This document shows positions 27,389-42,812 of a stretch of DNA of 64,000 bases, in pieces; position 1 is the stretch's first letter, and each line of letters starts with the position of its first letter. Below the pieces are notes generated by a model. The model was not told the DNA's origin, made no database searches, and saw nothing but the letters and a program-made list of their open reading frames with translations. The stretch lies in contig JAZQAN010000064.1 in the NCBI GenBank assembly GCA_045545235.1, positions 7,698-71,697 on the forward strand, read 5' to 3'. Source of the stretch: Clostridia bacterium. GTDB taxonomy: Bacteria; Bacillota; Clostridia; Monoglobales; Firm-18. A program made the position numbers and the translations under genes.

Positions 27389-27949
27389 TTAAAAGAAAAA
27401 TATTTTTAATCCAATTAAAATCAAAATTATACCACCGGCTATTGTAGATTTGTTACCTAATACATCCCCCGATTTTTTTCCGAAATAAACACCAAAGAAC
27501 GAATTTAAAAATGTAGTTATACCAATTATTGCCAATGGAGTAATTATTTCAAAACTTTTGTATGATGTAACAAATGTTATACCAACCATCAAAGCATCTA
27601 TACTGGTTGCAATACCAAGAAGAATAAGTGTTTTTATGTTGTTTATATTTATGCATTCATTTTCATCGTCTTTTTTGAAAATACCATCATACAACATTTT
27701 TCCACCGATGAAGCAAAGTAAGATAAGTGCAATCCACTCGTCAAATTTTTCAATATACTTGTTAAAAAGAGAACCGGCTGCAAACCAACCGATAAATGGC
27801 ATAAGTGCCTGAAAAATGCCAAAGCATAAACCAACTTTTAATGAGTTTTTTAATTGTAGTTTTTTACAGTTCATACCACCGCATATTGATACTGCAAATG
27901 CATCCATTGAAAGCCCTACGGCAATTGAAAGTATTTCTATGATATTCAA
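27389..27949 (-). CDS. mntP: Manganese efflux pump MntP
   Basis: Duplicated DUF204 halves with SMDAFAVS and SIDALMVG motifs and 6 TM helices. Confidence 0.85.
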   Translation of the reverse strand: MNIIEILSIAVGLSMDAFAVSICGGMNCKKLQLKNSLKVGLCFGIFQALMPFIGWFAAGSLFNKYIEKFDEWIALILLCFIGGKMLYDGIFKKDDENECININNIKTLILLGIATSIDALMVGITFVTSYKSFEIITPLAIIGITTFLNSFFGVYFGKKSGDVLGNKSTIAGGIILILIGLKIFFF

Positions 27950-28148
27950 TTTAATTCTCCTTAATTTTTATATTATCATTATATCATTTTTATTAATATA
28001 AGAAAACCTACTCGGCGAAATTAGTACAATTTGCACAATAAATATTCAAATTATTGTATATTTTTTAGTAGGGTTTTTTGGGGTAATAGCAAATATAATA
28101 ATAAGAACGTAATTAATTACGTACTAACTAACGGAAGGAATGATTTGT

Positions 28149-30170
28149 ATGAGAAATTTTTTGACAGAGGAAATAAGAAATGTATGTGTTTTGGGAAATG
28201 GTAATGCCGGTAAAACAACAGTTGTTGAATCTATGTTAAGATTTTCAGGCGCTATCGAACGTCGTGGTTCAGTTTTGGACGGCACAACAGTTTCAGACTA
28301 TGATGCAGAAGAAATTAAGCGTAAAATTTCTATTAATACATCACTGGTTTCTTTTGAATTTGAAAATTGCAAGTACAATATTCTTGATACACCTGGATCA
28401 TATGACTTTGTGGGTGAAGCATTGGAAGCAATTGAAGTTGCTGATGCTGCTGTTATTGTTGTCAGTGGTAAATCAGGTGTTTCTGCAGGTGTTGAAAGAG
28501 CTTGGGAACTTTGTGAAAAAAGAAATCTTCCCAGATTGTTCTTTATAAATAAGGTTGATGATGAAAGATGTAATTATCAGGCTGTATTAGAAGAATTGAG
28601 AGTAAAATTTGGTAAAACAGTTGCTCCTTTCCAGGTTCCTATTGATAATGGTGAGAAAATTATAGGTTTCGTTGATGTTGTAAGAATGAGAGCCAGACTT
28701 TTCCAGGCTGACGGTCCATTGCTTGACGATGATATTCCTGATTATATGTTAGATAAGGTTGAACCTGTTCGTAATATGATTATTGAATCAGTTGCCGAAA
28801 CTGACGAAGCTTTAATGGACAGATATTTTAACGGTGAGGAATTTACGGTTGATGAAATTAAAACTGCCTTGAGAAAAGCAACAGATTCTAACGAGATTGT
28901 TCCCGTACTTTGCGGTACAGCACTACATAATAAAGGTGTTGGTGTTCTTTTAGAATCAATTAATTCATATTTTCCATCACCTGATGATGTTGAAGAAATG
29001 TATGATATTGGTGGCAAACCGTCAATTTATGTATTTAAAACTGTTGCCGATCCTTTTGTTGGTAAATTGTCATATTTTAAAGTTATGTCCGGTAAATTAT
29101 CACCAGATGCTACGCTTATTAATCTTACAACAAAATCACCAGAAAAACTTGGTAAATTATATACCATGTTTGGCAAAAAGCAGATTGAGTGCAAGGAACT
29201 TGTTGCAGGTGATATTGGTGCAGTAGCTAAACTTTCTGTTACTAAAACTGGAGATACTTTGGCAACTTCTGAATCTGAAACACCATATACTCAAATAGAA
29301 TTTCCTAAACCTAATATTTCGTTGGCAATTGTTCCTAAATCAAAAGGTGATGAAGAAAAAATCAGTAATGGTTTACAAAAACTCACTGAAGAAGATATTA
29401 CTTTCCGTTTCTATACAAACAGTGAAACAAAAGAAATGCTTATAAGTGGTATTGGTGAAGTTCATCTTGATGTATTAAAGAGTAAATTGAAAACTAAATT
29501 TGGTACAGATACAGACTTAATAGAACCAAGAGTTGCTTATAGAGAAAAATTAAGAAAAGCAGTTAAAGTAGAAGGTAAACACAAGAAACAATCAGGCGGT
29601 CACGGCCAATATGGTCATGTTTGGATTGAATTTGAACCAACAGAAGAGGATGATTTAATTTTTGATGAAAAGATTTTTGGTGGTTCAGTACCAAAGAATT
29701 TCTTCCCTGCAGTTGAAAAAGGATTAAGAGAATGCATACAAAAAGGTGCTTTGGCAGGGTATCCTGTTGTAGGTTTGAAAGCTACATTGGTTGATGGTTC
29801 GTATCACGCCGTTGACTCATCTGAAATGGCATTTAAAATGGCAGCTTCTCTTGCGTTTAAAAAGGCAATGGAAGAGGGAGGAGTTCAGTTGTTAGAACCA
29901 ATAGGTCACCTTACAGTTACTGTACCTGCTGATCTTATGGGTGATATTACAGGTGATATTAATAAACGTCGTGGACGTGTACTTGGTATGAATCCTGGCG
30001 AAAAAACACTTGTGGTTGAAGCTGATGTACCAATGTCTGAAATGCATAAATATACTACTGATCTTCGTTCTATGACTCAGGGAAGAGGTAAATTTGATTT
30101 TGAATTTGTAAGATATGAAATAGCACCAAAAGAAGTTGAACAACGTGTTGTTGCAGAGTCGGAAAAATAA
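28149..30170 (+). CDS. Elongation factor G paralog (EF-G2 subfamily)
   Basis: P-loop GNGNAGKTT, G3 DTPGSYDF, G4 NKVD and an EF-G domain IV/V signature (HKKQSGGHGQYGHVWIEFEP, VDSSEMAFKMAASLAFKKA). ATG 28149 follows the GGAAGGA SD. Confidence 0.85.
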   Translation: MRNFLTEEIRNVCVLGNGNAGKTTVVESMLRFSGAIERRGSVLDGTTVSDYDAEEIKRKISINTSLVSFEFENCKYNILDTPGSYDFVGEALEAIEVADAAVIVVSGKSGVSAGVERAWELCEKRNLPRLFFINKVDDERCNYQAVLEELRVKFGKTVAPFQVPIDNGEKIIGFVDVVRMRARLFQADGPLLDDDIPDYMLDKVEPVRNMIIESVAETDEALMDRYFNGEEFTVDEIKTALRKATDSNEIVPVLCGTALHNKGVGVLLESINSYFPSPDDVEEMYDIGGKPSIYVFKTVADPFVGKLSYFKVMSGKLSPDATLINLTTKSPEKLGKLYTMFGKKQIECKELVAGDIGAVAKLSVTKTGDTLATSESETPYTQIEFPKPNISLAIVPKSKGDEEKISNGLQKLTEEDITFRFYTNSETKEMLISGIGEVHLDVLKSKLKTKFGTDTDLIEPRVAYREKLRKAVKVEGKHKKQSGGHGQYGHVWIEFEPTEEDDLIFDEKIFGGSVPKNFFPAVEKGLRECIQKGALAGYPVVGLKATLVDGSYHAVDSSEMAFKMAASLAFKKAMEEGGVQLLEPIGHLTVTVPADLMGDITGDINKRRGRVLGMNPGEKTLVVEADVPMSEMHKYTTDLRSMTQGRGKFDFEFVRYEIAPKEVEQRVVAESEK

Positions 30171-30180
30171 AGTTAAAAAA

Positions 30181-30207
30181 GTGCAGTCTATTGACTGCAC
30201 TTTTTTT
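30181..30207 (+). terminator. Rho-independent terminator
   Basis: Stem GTGCAGTC/GACTGCAC with a 4-nt loop and T7. Confidence 0.85.
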
Positions 30208-30237
30208 GACATTCAGTAGTCAATTTTACACATTTAA

Positions 30238-33898
<3,661 letters not shown>

Positions 33899-33931
33899 AA
33901 AATGGTGGTTTATCAAAGATAAACCACCATT
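33899..33931. terminator. Bidirectional terminator
   Basis: 15-bp stem AAATGGTGGTTTATC/GATAAACCACCATTT between the convergent YgjP-like gene and gatB. Confidence 0.85.
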
Positions 33932-33971
33932 TTGTTGTTTAAAAAGTTACATTATATTTAGGGACACTTTA

Positions 33972-35414
33972 TTATCTTTTGTCAAGTTCTTCTTTTATAA
34001 GTTTATTGAGAATTTGAGGATTTCCTTGCCCTTTTGTTGCTCTCATAGTTTGTCCAACAAGGAAGCCTATAGCTTTATCTTTACCGCCTTTATAGTCAGC
34101 AACTGATTGCGGATTGTTGTCAATAATTTCAACAACGATTTTTTGCAATGCACTTTCGTCACTAATCTGAACAAGACCTTTTTCTTTGATTATTTCTTCA
34201 GGGTCATGTGGATTTTTGAATAATTCCTCAATTACTTTTTTACCCTGATTATTACTTATTGTGCCTTTATCTATAATTGAAATTAATTTAACAAGATGTT
34301 CTGCAGGAAATGGTATTTGTGAAGGTTCCATATTGTTTTCATTAAGAAGTCTTGAAATATCACTTAAAATCCAGTTGCTTGCAGCTTTACCTTTTGCACC
34401 AAGTTCCATACATTTATCAAGGAAGTCTGCAAGATAAATGCTCATTGTAATTTGTCCTGCATCGTATTCTGTTAAACCACCTTCGTTAATATATCTTTCT
34501 TTGCGTTGTGCAGGAAGTTCGGGAATGGATTCACGTATTCTTTCAATCCATTGGTCATCAACAACAATTGGAACAAGGTCAGGTTCAGGAAAATATCTAT
34601 AATCCTGAGCTTCTTCTTTGCTTCTCATCGCAATGGAAATTCCTTGAGTATCATCCCAACGTCTTGTTTCCTGTACAATTTTATTTCCTGATAGAATTTC
34701 GTTAATTTGTCTTTGTGATTCATATTCAATGGCACGAACAGCACCACTGAATGAATTAACATTTTTCATTTCAGTTCGAGTACCAAATTCAGCTTGTCCT
34801 TCAGGACGAACAGAAACGTTAATGTCACAGCGTAGTGAACCTTCTTGCATTTTACAATCAGAAACACCGGTATACTCTAAAATAGCTTTTAGATTTTCCA
34901 GATATGCCCTCGCTTCTTCAGAACTTCTCATGTCAGGTTCGGAAACTATTTCAATAAGAGGAACTCCGCATCTGTTAAAGTCAACTAATGTATTACCTGC
35001 AACCGCTTCGTGGAAAAGTTTTCCTGCATCTTCTTCAATGTGTATTCTTGTTATACCAATTCTTTTTTTATTTCCGTCTACAACAATATCAACATAGCCA
35101 TTAGTACATAGAGGAAGATCAAACTGTGATGTTTGATATGCTTTTGGAAGATCCGGATAAAAATAGTTTTTTCTGTCTTGTTTACCTTCTTTGGTTATAG
35201 AACAATTAGTTGCAAGACCTGCTTTAATACCATAATCTACAACTTTTTTGTTCAGTACCGGCAATGTTCCCGGCATACCTGTACATATTGGACAGCAATG
35301 TGTATTTGTATCTCCGCCAAATTCGTTTGCACAGCTGCAATATATTTTAGTGTCTGTTGCAAGTTCTGCATGAACTTCTAGACCTATTACTGTTTCAAAT
35401 TTCATTTTATTCAC
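33972..35414 (-). CDS. gatB: Asp-tRNA(Asn)/Glu-tRNA(Gln) amidotransferase subunit B
   Basis: N-terminal motifs VIGLEVHAEL and CPICTGMPGTLPVLN, plus a C-terminal GatB/YqeY domain. Confidence 0.95.
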   Translation of the reverse strand: MNKMKFETVIGLEVHAELATDTKIYCSCANEFGGDTNTHCCPICTGMPGTLPVLNKKVVDYGIKAGLATNCSITKEGKQDRKNYFYPDLPKAYQTSQFDLPLCTNGYVDIVVDGNKKRIGITRIHIEEDAGKLFHEAVAGNTLVDFNRCGVPLIEIVSEPDMRSSEEARAYLENLKAILEYTGVSDCKMQEGSLRCDINVSVRPEGQAEFGTRTEMKNVNSFSGAVRAIEYESQRQINEILSGNKIVQETRRWDDTQGISIAMRSKEEAQDYRYFPEPDLVPIVVDDQWIERIRESIPELPAQRKERYINEGGLTEYDAGQITMSIYLADFLDKCMELGAKGKAASNWILSDISRLLNENNMEPSQIPFPAEHLVKLISIIDKGTISNNQGKKVIEELFKNPHDPEEIIKEKGLVQISDESALQKIVVEIIDNNPQSVADYKGGKDKAIGFLVGQTMRATKGQGNPQILNKLIKEELDKR

Positions 35415-35423
35415 CTCTTAATC

Positions 35424-36884
35424 TTATAACTGCGGACGTATTTTTGTAAAGTCTGAACTCTGTTCAAATGTATATGCAGCACGCAGTAGCGTTGATTCAC
35501 TAAATGCTTTACCTATCAATTGCATACCTATTGGCATATTGTTGCTGTCAAATCCACATGGAACAGATATAGCAGGAACACTCGCAATATTGATAGATAC
35601 AGTACATATATCTTCAAGATACATCTGTAGAGGATCTGTAGTTTTTGAACCTATATTAAAAGCAGTGGTTGGTGCTGTAGGAGTAAGTATAAAATCATAC
35701 TTTTCAAAAGCCTCATCAAAGTCATTTTTTATAACTGTTCTAATTTGTTGTGCTTTTTTATAATAAGCATCATAATAACCTGAACTTAGAGCATATGTTC
35801 CTAACATAATTCTTCTTTTAACTTCTTTGCCGAAACCTTCACTTCTTGTTTTTTTATAAAGATCATCAAGACTTTCATAGCTATCTGTTCTATACCCGTA
35901 TTTTATACCATCATATCTTGCAAGATTAGAGCTTGCTTCTGCCGATGATATAATATAGTAAGCCGGAAGCGCATATTTTGAAGCTTTCATTTCAAAAAAT
36001 TCAATTTCTGCTCCAAGTGCTTTGTATGTTTCAATAGCTTTTAAGATTGCATTTTTTACTTCTTCATTTATACCTTCACCCATATAGTCGGTTGGTACGC
36101 CGATTTTCATACCGCGGACATCATTTACCAGTGCTTTTGTATAATCTTCTTTAGGTATATTTATAGAAGTACTATCCATATGGTCATGTCCTGCTATAAG
36201 GTTAAGTACCATTGCAGAATCTGTAACATCTTTTGTAAGAGGTCCAATCTGGTCAAGAGATGAGGCAAACGCAACAAGACCAAAACGTGATACAAGACCA
36301 TATGTTGGCTTTAAGCCAACAACACCACAAAAAGATGCAGGCTGACGAATGGAACCACCTGTATCAGAACCTAAAGTATAAACAGCAGTATCTGCACTTA
36401 CAGAAGCAGCAGAACCACCCGAAGACCCCCCCGGTACCTTATTAAGGTCATATGGATTTTTGGTCTTTTTAAAATATGAATTTTCTGTAGAAGAACCCAT
36501 TGCGAATTCATCCATATTAAGTTTACCAAGCATTGGTGCATTAATTTCTTTTACTTTTTTTGTGACAAATGCATCATATGGAGGAACAAAGTTTTCAAGC
36601 ATTTTTGATGCACATGTTGTTTTTATCCCATTTGTGCAAATATTATCCTTAATAGCCATAGGAATGCCTTCAAGCGGAGCAATTTCTTCACCATCAGCTA
36701 TTTTCTTATCAACAATTTTTGCTGTTTCCAATGCTGTTTCATATGTCGTTGTGATATAACTTTCTACTTTGGATTCAACATTTTCAATACGTTCAATTAT
36801 AGATTTTGTAATTTCTTTACTCGATATTTGTTTCGTTTTTAACATATCAGAAAGTTCATATGCTGTAAGTTCATATAAATTCAT
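35424..36884 (-). CDS. gatA: Glutamyl-tRNA(Gln) amidotransferase subunit A
   Basis: Amidase signature [11 protein letters not shown] plus [12 protein letters not shown]. Confidence 0.95.
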   Translation of the reverse strand: MNLYELTAYELSDMLKTKQISSKEITKSIIERIENVESKVESYITTTYETALETAKIVDKKIADGEEIAPLEGIPMAIKDNICTNGIKTTCASKMLENFVPPYDAFVTKKVKEINAPMLGKLNMDEFAMGSSTENSYFKKTKNPYDLNKVPGGSSGGSAASVSADTAVYTLGSDTGGSIRQPASFCGVVGLKPTYGLVSRFGLVAFASSLDQIGPLTKDVTDSAMVLNLIAGHDHMDSTSINIPKEDYTKALVNDVRGMKIGVPTDYMGEGINEEVKNAILKAIETYKALGAEIEFFEMKASKYALPAYYIISSAEASSNLARYDGIKYGYRTDSYESLDDLYKKTRSEGFGKEVKRRIMLGTYALSSGYYDAYYKKAQQIRTVIKNDFDEAFEKYDFILTPTAPTTAFNIGSKTTDPLQMYLEDICTVSINIASVPAISVPCGFDSNNMPIGMQLIGKAFSESTLLRAAYTFEQSSDFTKIRPQL

Positions 36885-36895
36885 TTTAAAACCTC

Positions 36896-37183
36896 CTATT
36901 CAACAACCTTAGGTACTAAGTAACATCCGCCTTCTTGTGACGGTGCGTTTTTTAAAATATCTTCCTGAGAATATGATTCATTAACTGTATCTTCTCGGAA
37001 AACATTCTGTACTTTCATTGCATGATTTGTGGGAGATACATTATTGGTATCAATTTCCGAAAGCATATCAGCAAAATTTATTATGCTTTCCATTTCCCCT
37101 GTAAGTTTTTCCGCTTCGACTTCATCAACATAAAGTTTTGCAAGGTTTGCAACGTATTTAACTTCATCTGTTGTAATTTTCAT
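36896..37183 (-). CDS. gatC: Glutamyl-tRNA(Gln) amidotransferase subunit C
   Basis: 95 aa and the first gene of the gatCAB operon. Contains the [15 protein letters not shown] pattern. Confidence 0.9.
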   Translation of the reverse strand: MKITTDEVKYVANLAKLYVDEVEAEKLTGEMESIINFADMLSEIDTNNVSPTNHAMKVQNVFREDTVNESYSQEDILKNAPSQEGGCYLVPKVVE

Positions 37184-37249
37184 TTATATCATCCTTTCGT
37201 GGAATATTTACCAATTATACATTATACACCATACTTTATTAAATTTCAA

Positions 37250-39259
<2,010 letters not shown>

Positions 39260-39383
39260 TTATCACAAAATTAAATGTTTTACAATATTAAATAAAATAA
39301 AAAGCTCAAAAAATTCTTTTTTTCAAGCATAAGATGTTTGCAATATTTGTTTTTTTGTACATAAAATCTATTGAGGTGATAAT

Positions 39384-39620
39384 ATGGAAAGATTTAGTGA
39401 TTTGAAAAATAAAGAGGTTATAAATATTATGGATGGCGTAAGAATGGGTTATGTATATGATGTTGAATTTGATACTTTAAGCGGGAAAATAAATGCACTA
39501 TTAATTCCAAAAAAAACAGGATTTTTCGGCTTGTTTTGTCACAATGATGAATTTGTTATTCCATGGTCAAAAATAACAAAAATTGGTGATGATATAATTT
39601 TTGTAGAATTTTGTTTGTAA
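39384..39620 (+). CDS. ylmC: YlmC/YmxH family sporulation protein (PRC-barrel)
   Basis: LKNKEVINIMDGVRMGYVYDVEFD and IPWSKITKIGDDII motifs. SD GAGGTGA lies upstream. Confidence 0.85.
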   Translation: MERFSDLKNKEVINIMDGVRMGYVYDVEFDTLSGKINALLIPKKTGFFGLFCHNDEFVIPWSKITKIGDDIIFVEFCL

Positions 39621-39713
39621 TTTTGGAAAATATATGTTATAATATAAAAAAAGATACAAAATATTGTGTTTTTTGTATCTGTTTCCAAATTTTCAAATAG
39701 AAGGTGATAAATG

Positions 39714-40169
39714 ATGCGATGTGTATTTTGCGGACATATTGAAAGTAAAGTAATTGATTCAAGGTCAGCGGATGACGGAAGTTCAATCAGAAGAAGAAGA
39801 GAATGTCTTGAATGCGGAAAGCGTTTTACAACTTATGAAAAGGTTGAAAGTATACCTTTGATTGTTGTAAAAAAAGACAAAACCAGACAACAGTTTGACA
39901 GACAAAAACTATTAAATGGTTTACTACGTGCTTGTGAAAAACGTCCGGTGACAATCAGTCAATTGGAAATTGTTGTTGACAACATAGAAACAAGTATTCA
40001 AAATGCATTGAAACGTGAAATTTCATCAGTCGAGATAGGCGAAATGGTTATGAATGAATTAAAAAATATTGATGAAGTTGCATATGTTCGCTTTGCATCC
40101 GTGTACAGACAATTCAGAGATGTTAATACTTTTATGGATGAACTAAAGAAAATATTGAAGGAGAAATAA
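39714..40169 (+). CDS. nrdR: Transcriptional repressor NrdR
   Basis: Zinc ribbon MRCVFCG...[12 protein letters not shown] plus an ATP-cone domain. Confidence 0.92.
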   Translation: MRCVFCGHIESKVIDSRSADDGSSIRRRRECLECGKRFTTYEKVESIPLIVVKKDKTRQQFDRQKLLNGLLRACEKRPVTISQLEIVVDNIETSIQNALKREISSVEIGEMVMNELKNIDEVAYVRFASVYRQFRDVNTFMDELKKILKEK

Positions 40170-40172
40170 TAA

Positions 40173-41012
40173 ATGACTCGAATGATTGACCTTCATGTGC
40201 ATACAACTGCATCGGATGGTACATTCACTCCTTCAGATGCGGTTTTGCTTGCCAAAAAAGCCGGACTTGCAGCTATGGCAATTACTGATCATGATACTGT
40301 AGACGGTGTTGAAGAAGCGATTAATAAAGCAAAAGAGGTAAATTTGGAACTTGTTCCCGGGATTGAATTTACTGTGGGGGATACTGAAAATATACATATA
40401 GTTGGACTGTATATTAATCATAAAAACAATGAGCTTTTACATGCTATCCAGATTATGAAAAAAAACAGAATGGAAAGAAATATGCAGCTTATAAAAAATG
40501 TGCATAATGAAGGTTATGACATCTCTTACGAAAAAGTTAAACAATTCATGAACACAGACAATTTAGGAAGACTTCATATTGCTCATTATTTGCAAAAAAT
40601 GGGTATGAGTTCTGATTACAGAAAAATTTTCAAAAAATATCTTATTCCCGGTGCAAAAACTTATGTACCTATGAAAAACATAAGCGAGGAAGATGGAATT
40701 AAAGCTATAATTTCAAGTGGTGGACTTCCGATTTTGGCACACATTAATTATTTAAAAGAAAATGAATATGGTATAGAAAAAACAGTAAAAAGACTTATAG
40801 GTTATGGATTAAAAGGTATTGAAGTGTTCTATTCAGGCTATGACAAAAAAACAGAAATAATCGCACACAAAATTAGTGATAAATATAACCTTGTAAAAAG
40901 CGGCGGTACCGATTTTCACGGTACACGCCGACCTGGTGTTTATCTCGGAACAGGAAGAGGAAACCTTTGTGTTCCATATGAATTTCTAATTGATATCAAA
41001 AAGGAACTTTGA
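40173..41012 (+). CDS. PHP domain phosphoesterase
   Basis: IDLHVHTTASDG and AITDHD motifs typical of PHP family metal-dependent phosphoesterases. Confidence 0.8.
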   Translation: MTRMIDLHVHTTASDGTFTPSDAVLLAKKAGLAAMAITDHDTVDGVEEAINKAKEVNLELVPGIEFTVGDTENIHIVGLYINHKNNELLHAIQIMKKNRMERNMQLIKNVHNEGYDISYEKVKQFMNTDNLGRLHIAHYLQKMGMSSDYRKIFKKYLIPGAKTYVPMKNISEEDGIKAIISSGGLPILAHINYLKENEYGIEKTVKRLIGYGLKGIEVFYSGYDKKTEIIAHKISDKYNLVKSGGTDFHGTRRPGVYLGTGRGNLCVPYEFLIDIKKEL

Positions 41013-42380
41013 TAAATTTGTTATTGTACCCGCACCCATTGTCAAAACAATGTCATTTTCTTTAACATTTGCCTTTAAATGCTCGGATATCTCGGAAAAA
41101 TCCGGAATATAACGAGCATTTTTTATTTTACTTGATATAGCCTCTGATGTGATACCTATCGTGTTTTTTTCTCTTGCAGCATATATATCTGTAATAATCA
41201 CATGATCGTATTTGGATAAAACGTTAATAAAATCATTGAGCAGTGCATTTGTTCTTGTATATGTGTGCGGTTGAAATACAACCCATATATCGTTATGTTT
41301 CATTTTTGAAGCTGTATTAAAGGTTGCAGCTATTTCGGTAGGGTGATGTGCATAGTCATCATAAACTCTTGCACCATTAAGTAATCCCTTATATTCAAAA
41401 CGTCTTTTTGTTCCTCCGAATTTTTCTATACCTTTTACGATGCTATCAACCGGAATGTTCATTTTGTGTGCTGCGGCAAATACTGCTGTAGCATTAGATA
41501 TATTGTGCTTTCCGCCTACTGAAAGGTGTATTGTTGCTAATTTATGATTATTTTTCATAATATCAAATATTCCACAGCCGTTTTCGTCATAATCAACATT
41601 GCAATATGAATAATCACCGTTTTCACCATATTTGATTATTTGACATTTTATATTTTCCAAACTATTCATTACATTTTTGTCATCTGAATTTACAACAACA
41701 AATCCGGTTTCTGGTATTTTAAACATAAATTTATTGAATGAATTTTTTATCTGTTCAATTCCGCTAAAATAATCAAGATGATCTTCTTCAATGTTTAATA
41801 TAATAGCAGCATAGGGATTGAATTTTAAAAAACTATCTACATATTCACAACCTTCAAAAACAAGATATTTGTCTTTGCCTATTCGGTAATTTCCACCAAT
41901 AACATCTAAAACACCACCAACAAGAATTGTAGGGTCTTCTTCAGCTTCCAGCAACACACAAGAAAGCATTGATGTTGTGGTTGTTTTTCCGTGAGTTCCG
42001 CTAATTGATATAGGCATATTATAATCAAGCATAATTTCACCGAGAAAATCTGCACGTTCCAAAGTTTTAATACCTTTATTTACTGCCTCACATAATTCTG
42101 GATTGTCTTTTTTTACTGCTGCTGTATATATAACCAAATCAGGATTTTCAATATTTTCTGCACAATTAGGGCCTATTTTTATTATAGCACCACTTTTTTT
42201 CAATGTACTTGTTATTTCTGTTTCTGTCCAGTCGGATCCTGTAACCTTTATACCTTTTGATAATAATATATGTGCTAACGCACTCATACTGATTCCGCCA
42301 ACACCAATAAAATGTACGTGGTTGATTTTATTGAGTTCTAACAATTTAAACATCTCCTTGAAATTGTATTTTAATTTCAT
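40986..42380 (-). CDS. murC: UDP-N-acetylmuramate--L-alanine ligase
   Basis: HFIGVGGISMSALA and GTHGKTTTTSM motifs. The true start is possibly downstream (TTG 42344, 9 nt after AAGGAG). Confidence 0.9.
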   Translation of the reverse strand: MKLKYNFKEMFKLLELNKINHVHFIGVGGISMSALAHILLSKGIKVTGSDWTETEITSTLKKSGAIIKIGPNCAENIENPDLVIYTAAVKKDNPELCEAVNKGIKTLERADFLGEIMLDYNMPISISGTHGKTTTTSMLSCVLLEAEEDPTILVGGVLDVIGGNYRIGKDKYLVFEGCEYVDSFLKFNPYAAIILNIEEDHLDYFSGIEQIKNSFNKFMFKIPETGFVVVNSDDKNVMNSLENIKCQIIKYGENGDYSYCNVDYDENGCGIFDIMKNNHKLATIHLSVGGKHNISNATAVFAAAHKMNIPVDSIVKGIEKFGGTKRRFEYKGLLNGARVYDDYAHHPTEIAATFNTASKMKHNDIWVVFQPHTYTRTNALLNDFINVLSKYDHVIITDIYAAREKNTIGITSEAISSKIKNARYIPDFSEISEHLKANVKENDIVLTMGAGTITNLSKFLFDIN

Positions 42381-42492
42381 ATTTTATATTATATAACATT
42401 TTTAGGATAAAAGTCAAAATATTTATGGATTTTTTTAAAAAAATGTTGTAAAATAAATATTGTAACTAATATTCAGTGTTGAAGGTGGATTT

Positions 42493-42759
42493 ATGAAGAT
42501 AACAGATATCAAAATCAGAAAAATTAATAATGAGGGTAAGATGAAAGCAATAGTTTCGGTTACGCTTGATAATTCATTTGCAATACATGATATAAAAATA
42601 ATTGAAAGTGCAGAGAAACTGTTTGTTGCAATGCCAAGCAGAAAAACACCTGATGGCGAATATCGTGATATTGCTCATCCAATTAATGCAGAAGTACGCA
42701 ACCTACTTCAAAAAGAAGTAGTTGCAAAATATGAAGAAGTAAAAAAGGCTGATGTCTAA
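42493..42759 (+). CDS. spoVG: Septation/sporulation regulator SpoVG
   Basis: [38 protein letters not shown] is a canonical SpoVG N-terminus. Confidence 0.92.
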   Translation: MKITDIKIRKINNEGKMKAIVSVTLDNSFAIHDIKIIESAEKLFVAMPSRKTPDGEYRDIAHPINAEVRNLLQKEVVAKYEEVKKADV

Positions 42760-42812
42760 ATAACTCAGGGAAACTATATATTATGTTTCCCTGTTTACAT
42801 ACGGAGGAAAAA

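Noticed and set aside
27950-28140. Expected yybP-ykoY Mn riboswitch upstream of mntP
   Set aside because: I looked on the minus strand for the conserved GGGGAGUAG and ACAUA/GAGAC segments and found none. Only a loose CCGAGTAGG is present. I could not support a riboswitch call without a covariance-model scan.
37184-37249. T-box or other leader upstream of gatCAB
   Set aside because: The gap between ligA and gatC is only about 66 nt, with no specifier or T-box sequence. gatC is most likely co-transcribed with ligA.
42381-42492. Sigma-H type promoter upstream of spoVG (AGGATAA ... GGATT)
   Set aside because: The -35-like AGGATAA is present, but the spacing is about 17 nt rather than about 14. 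The -10 also lacks the GAAT core. The match is too weak to call.
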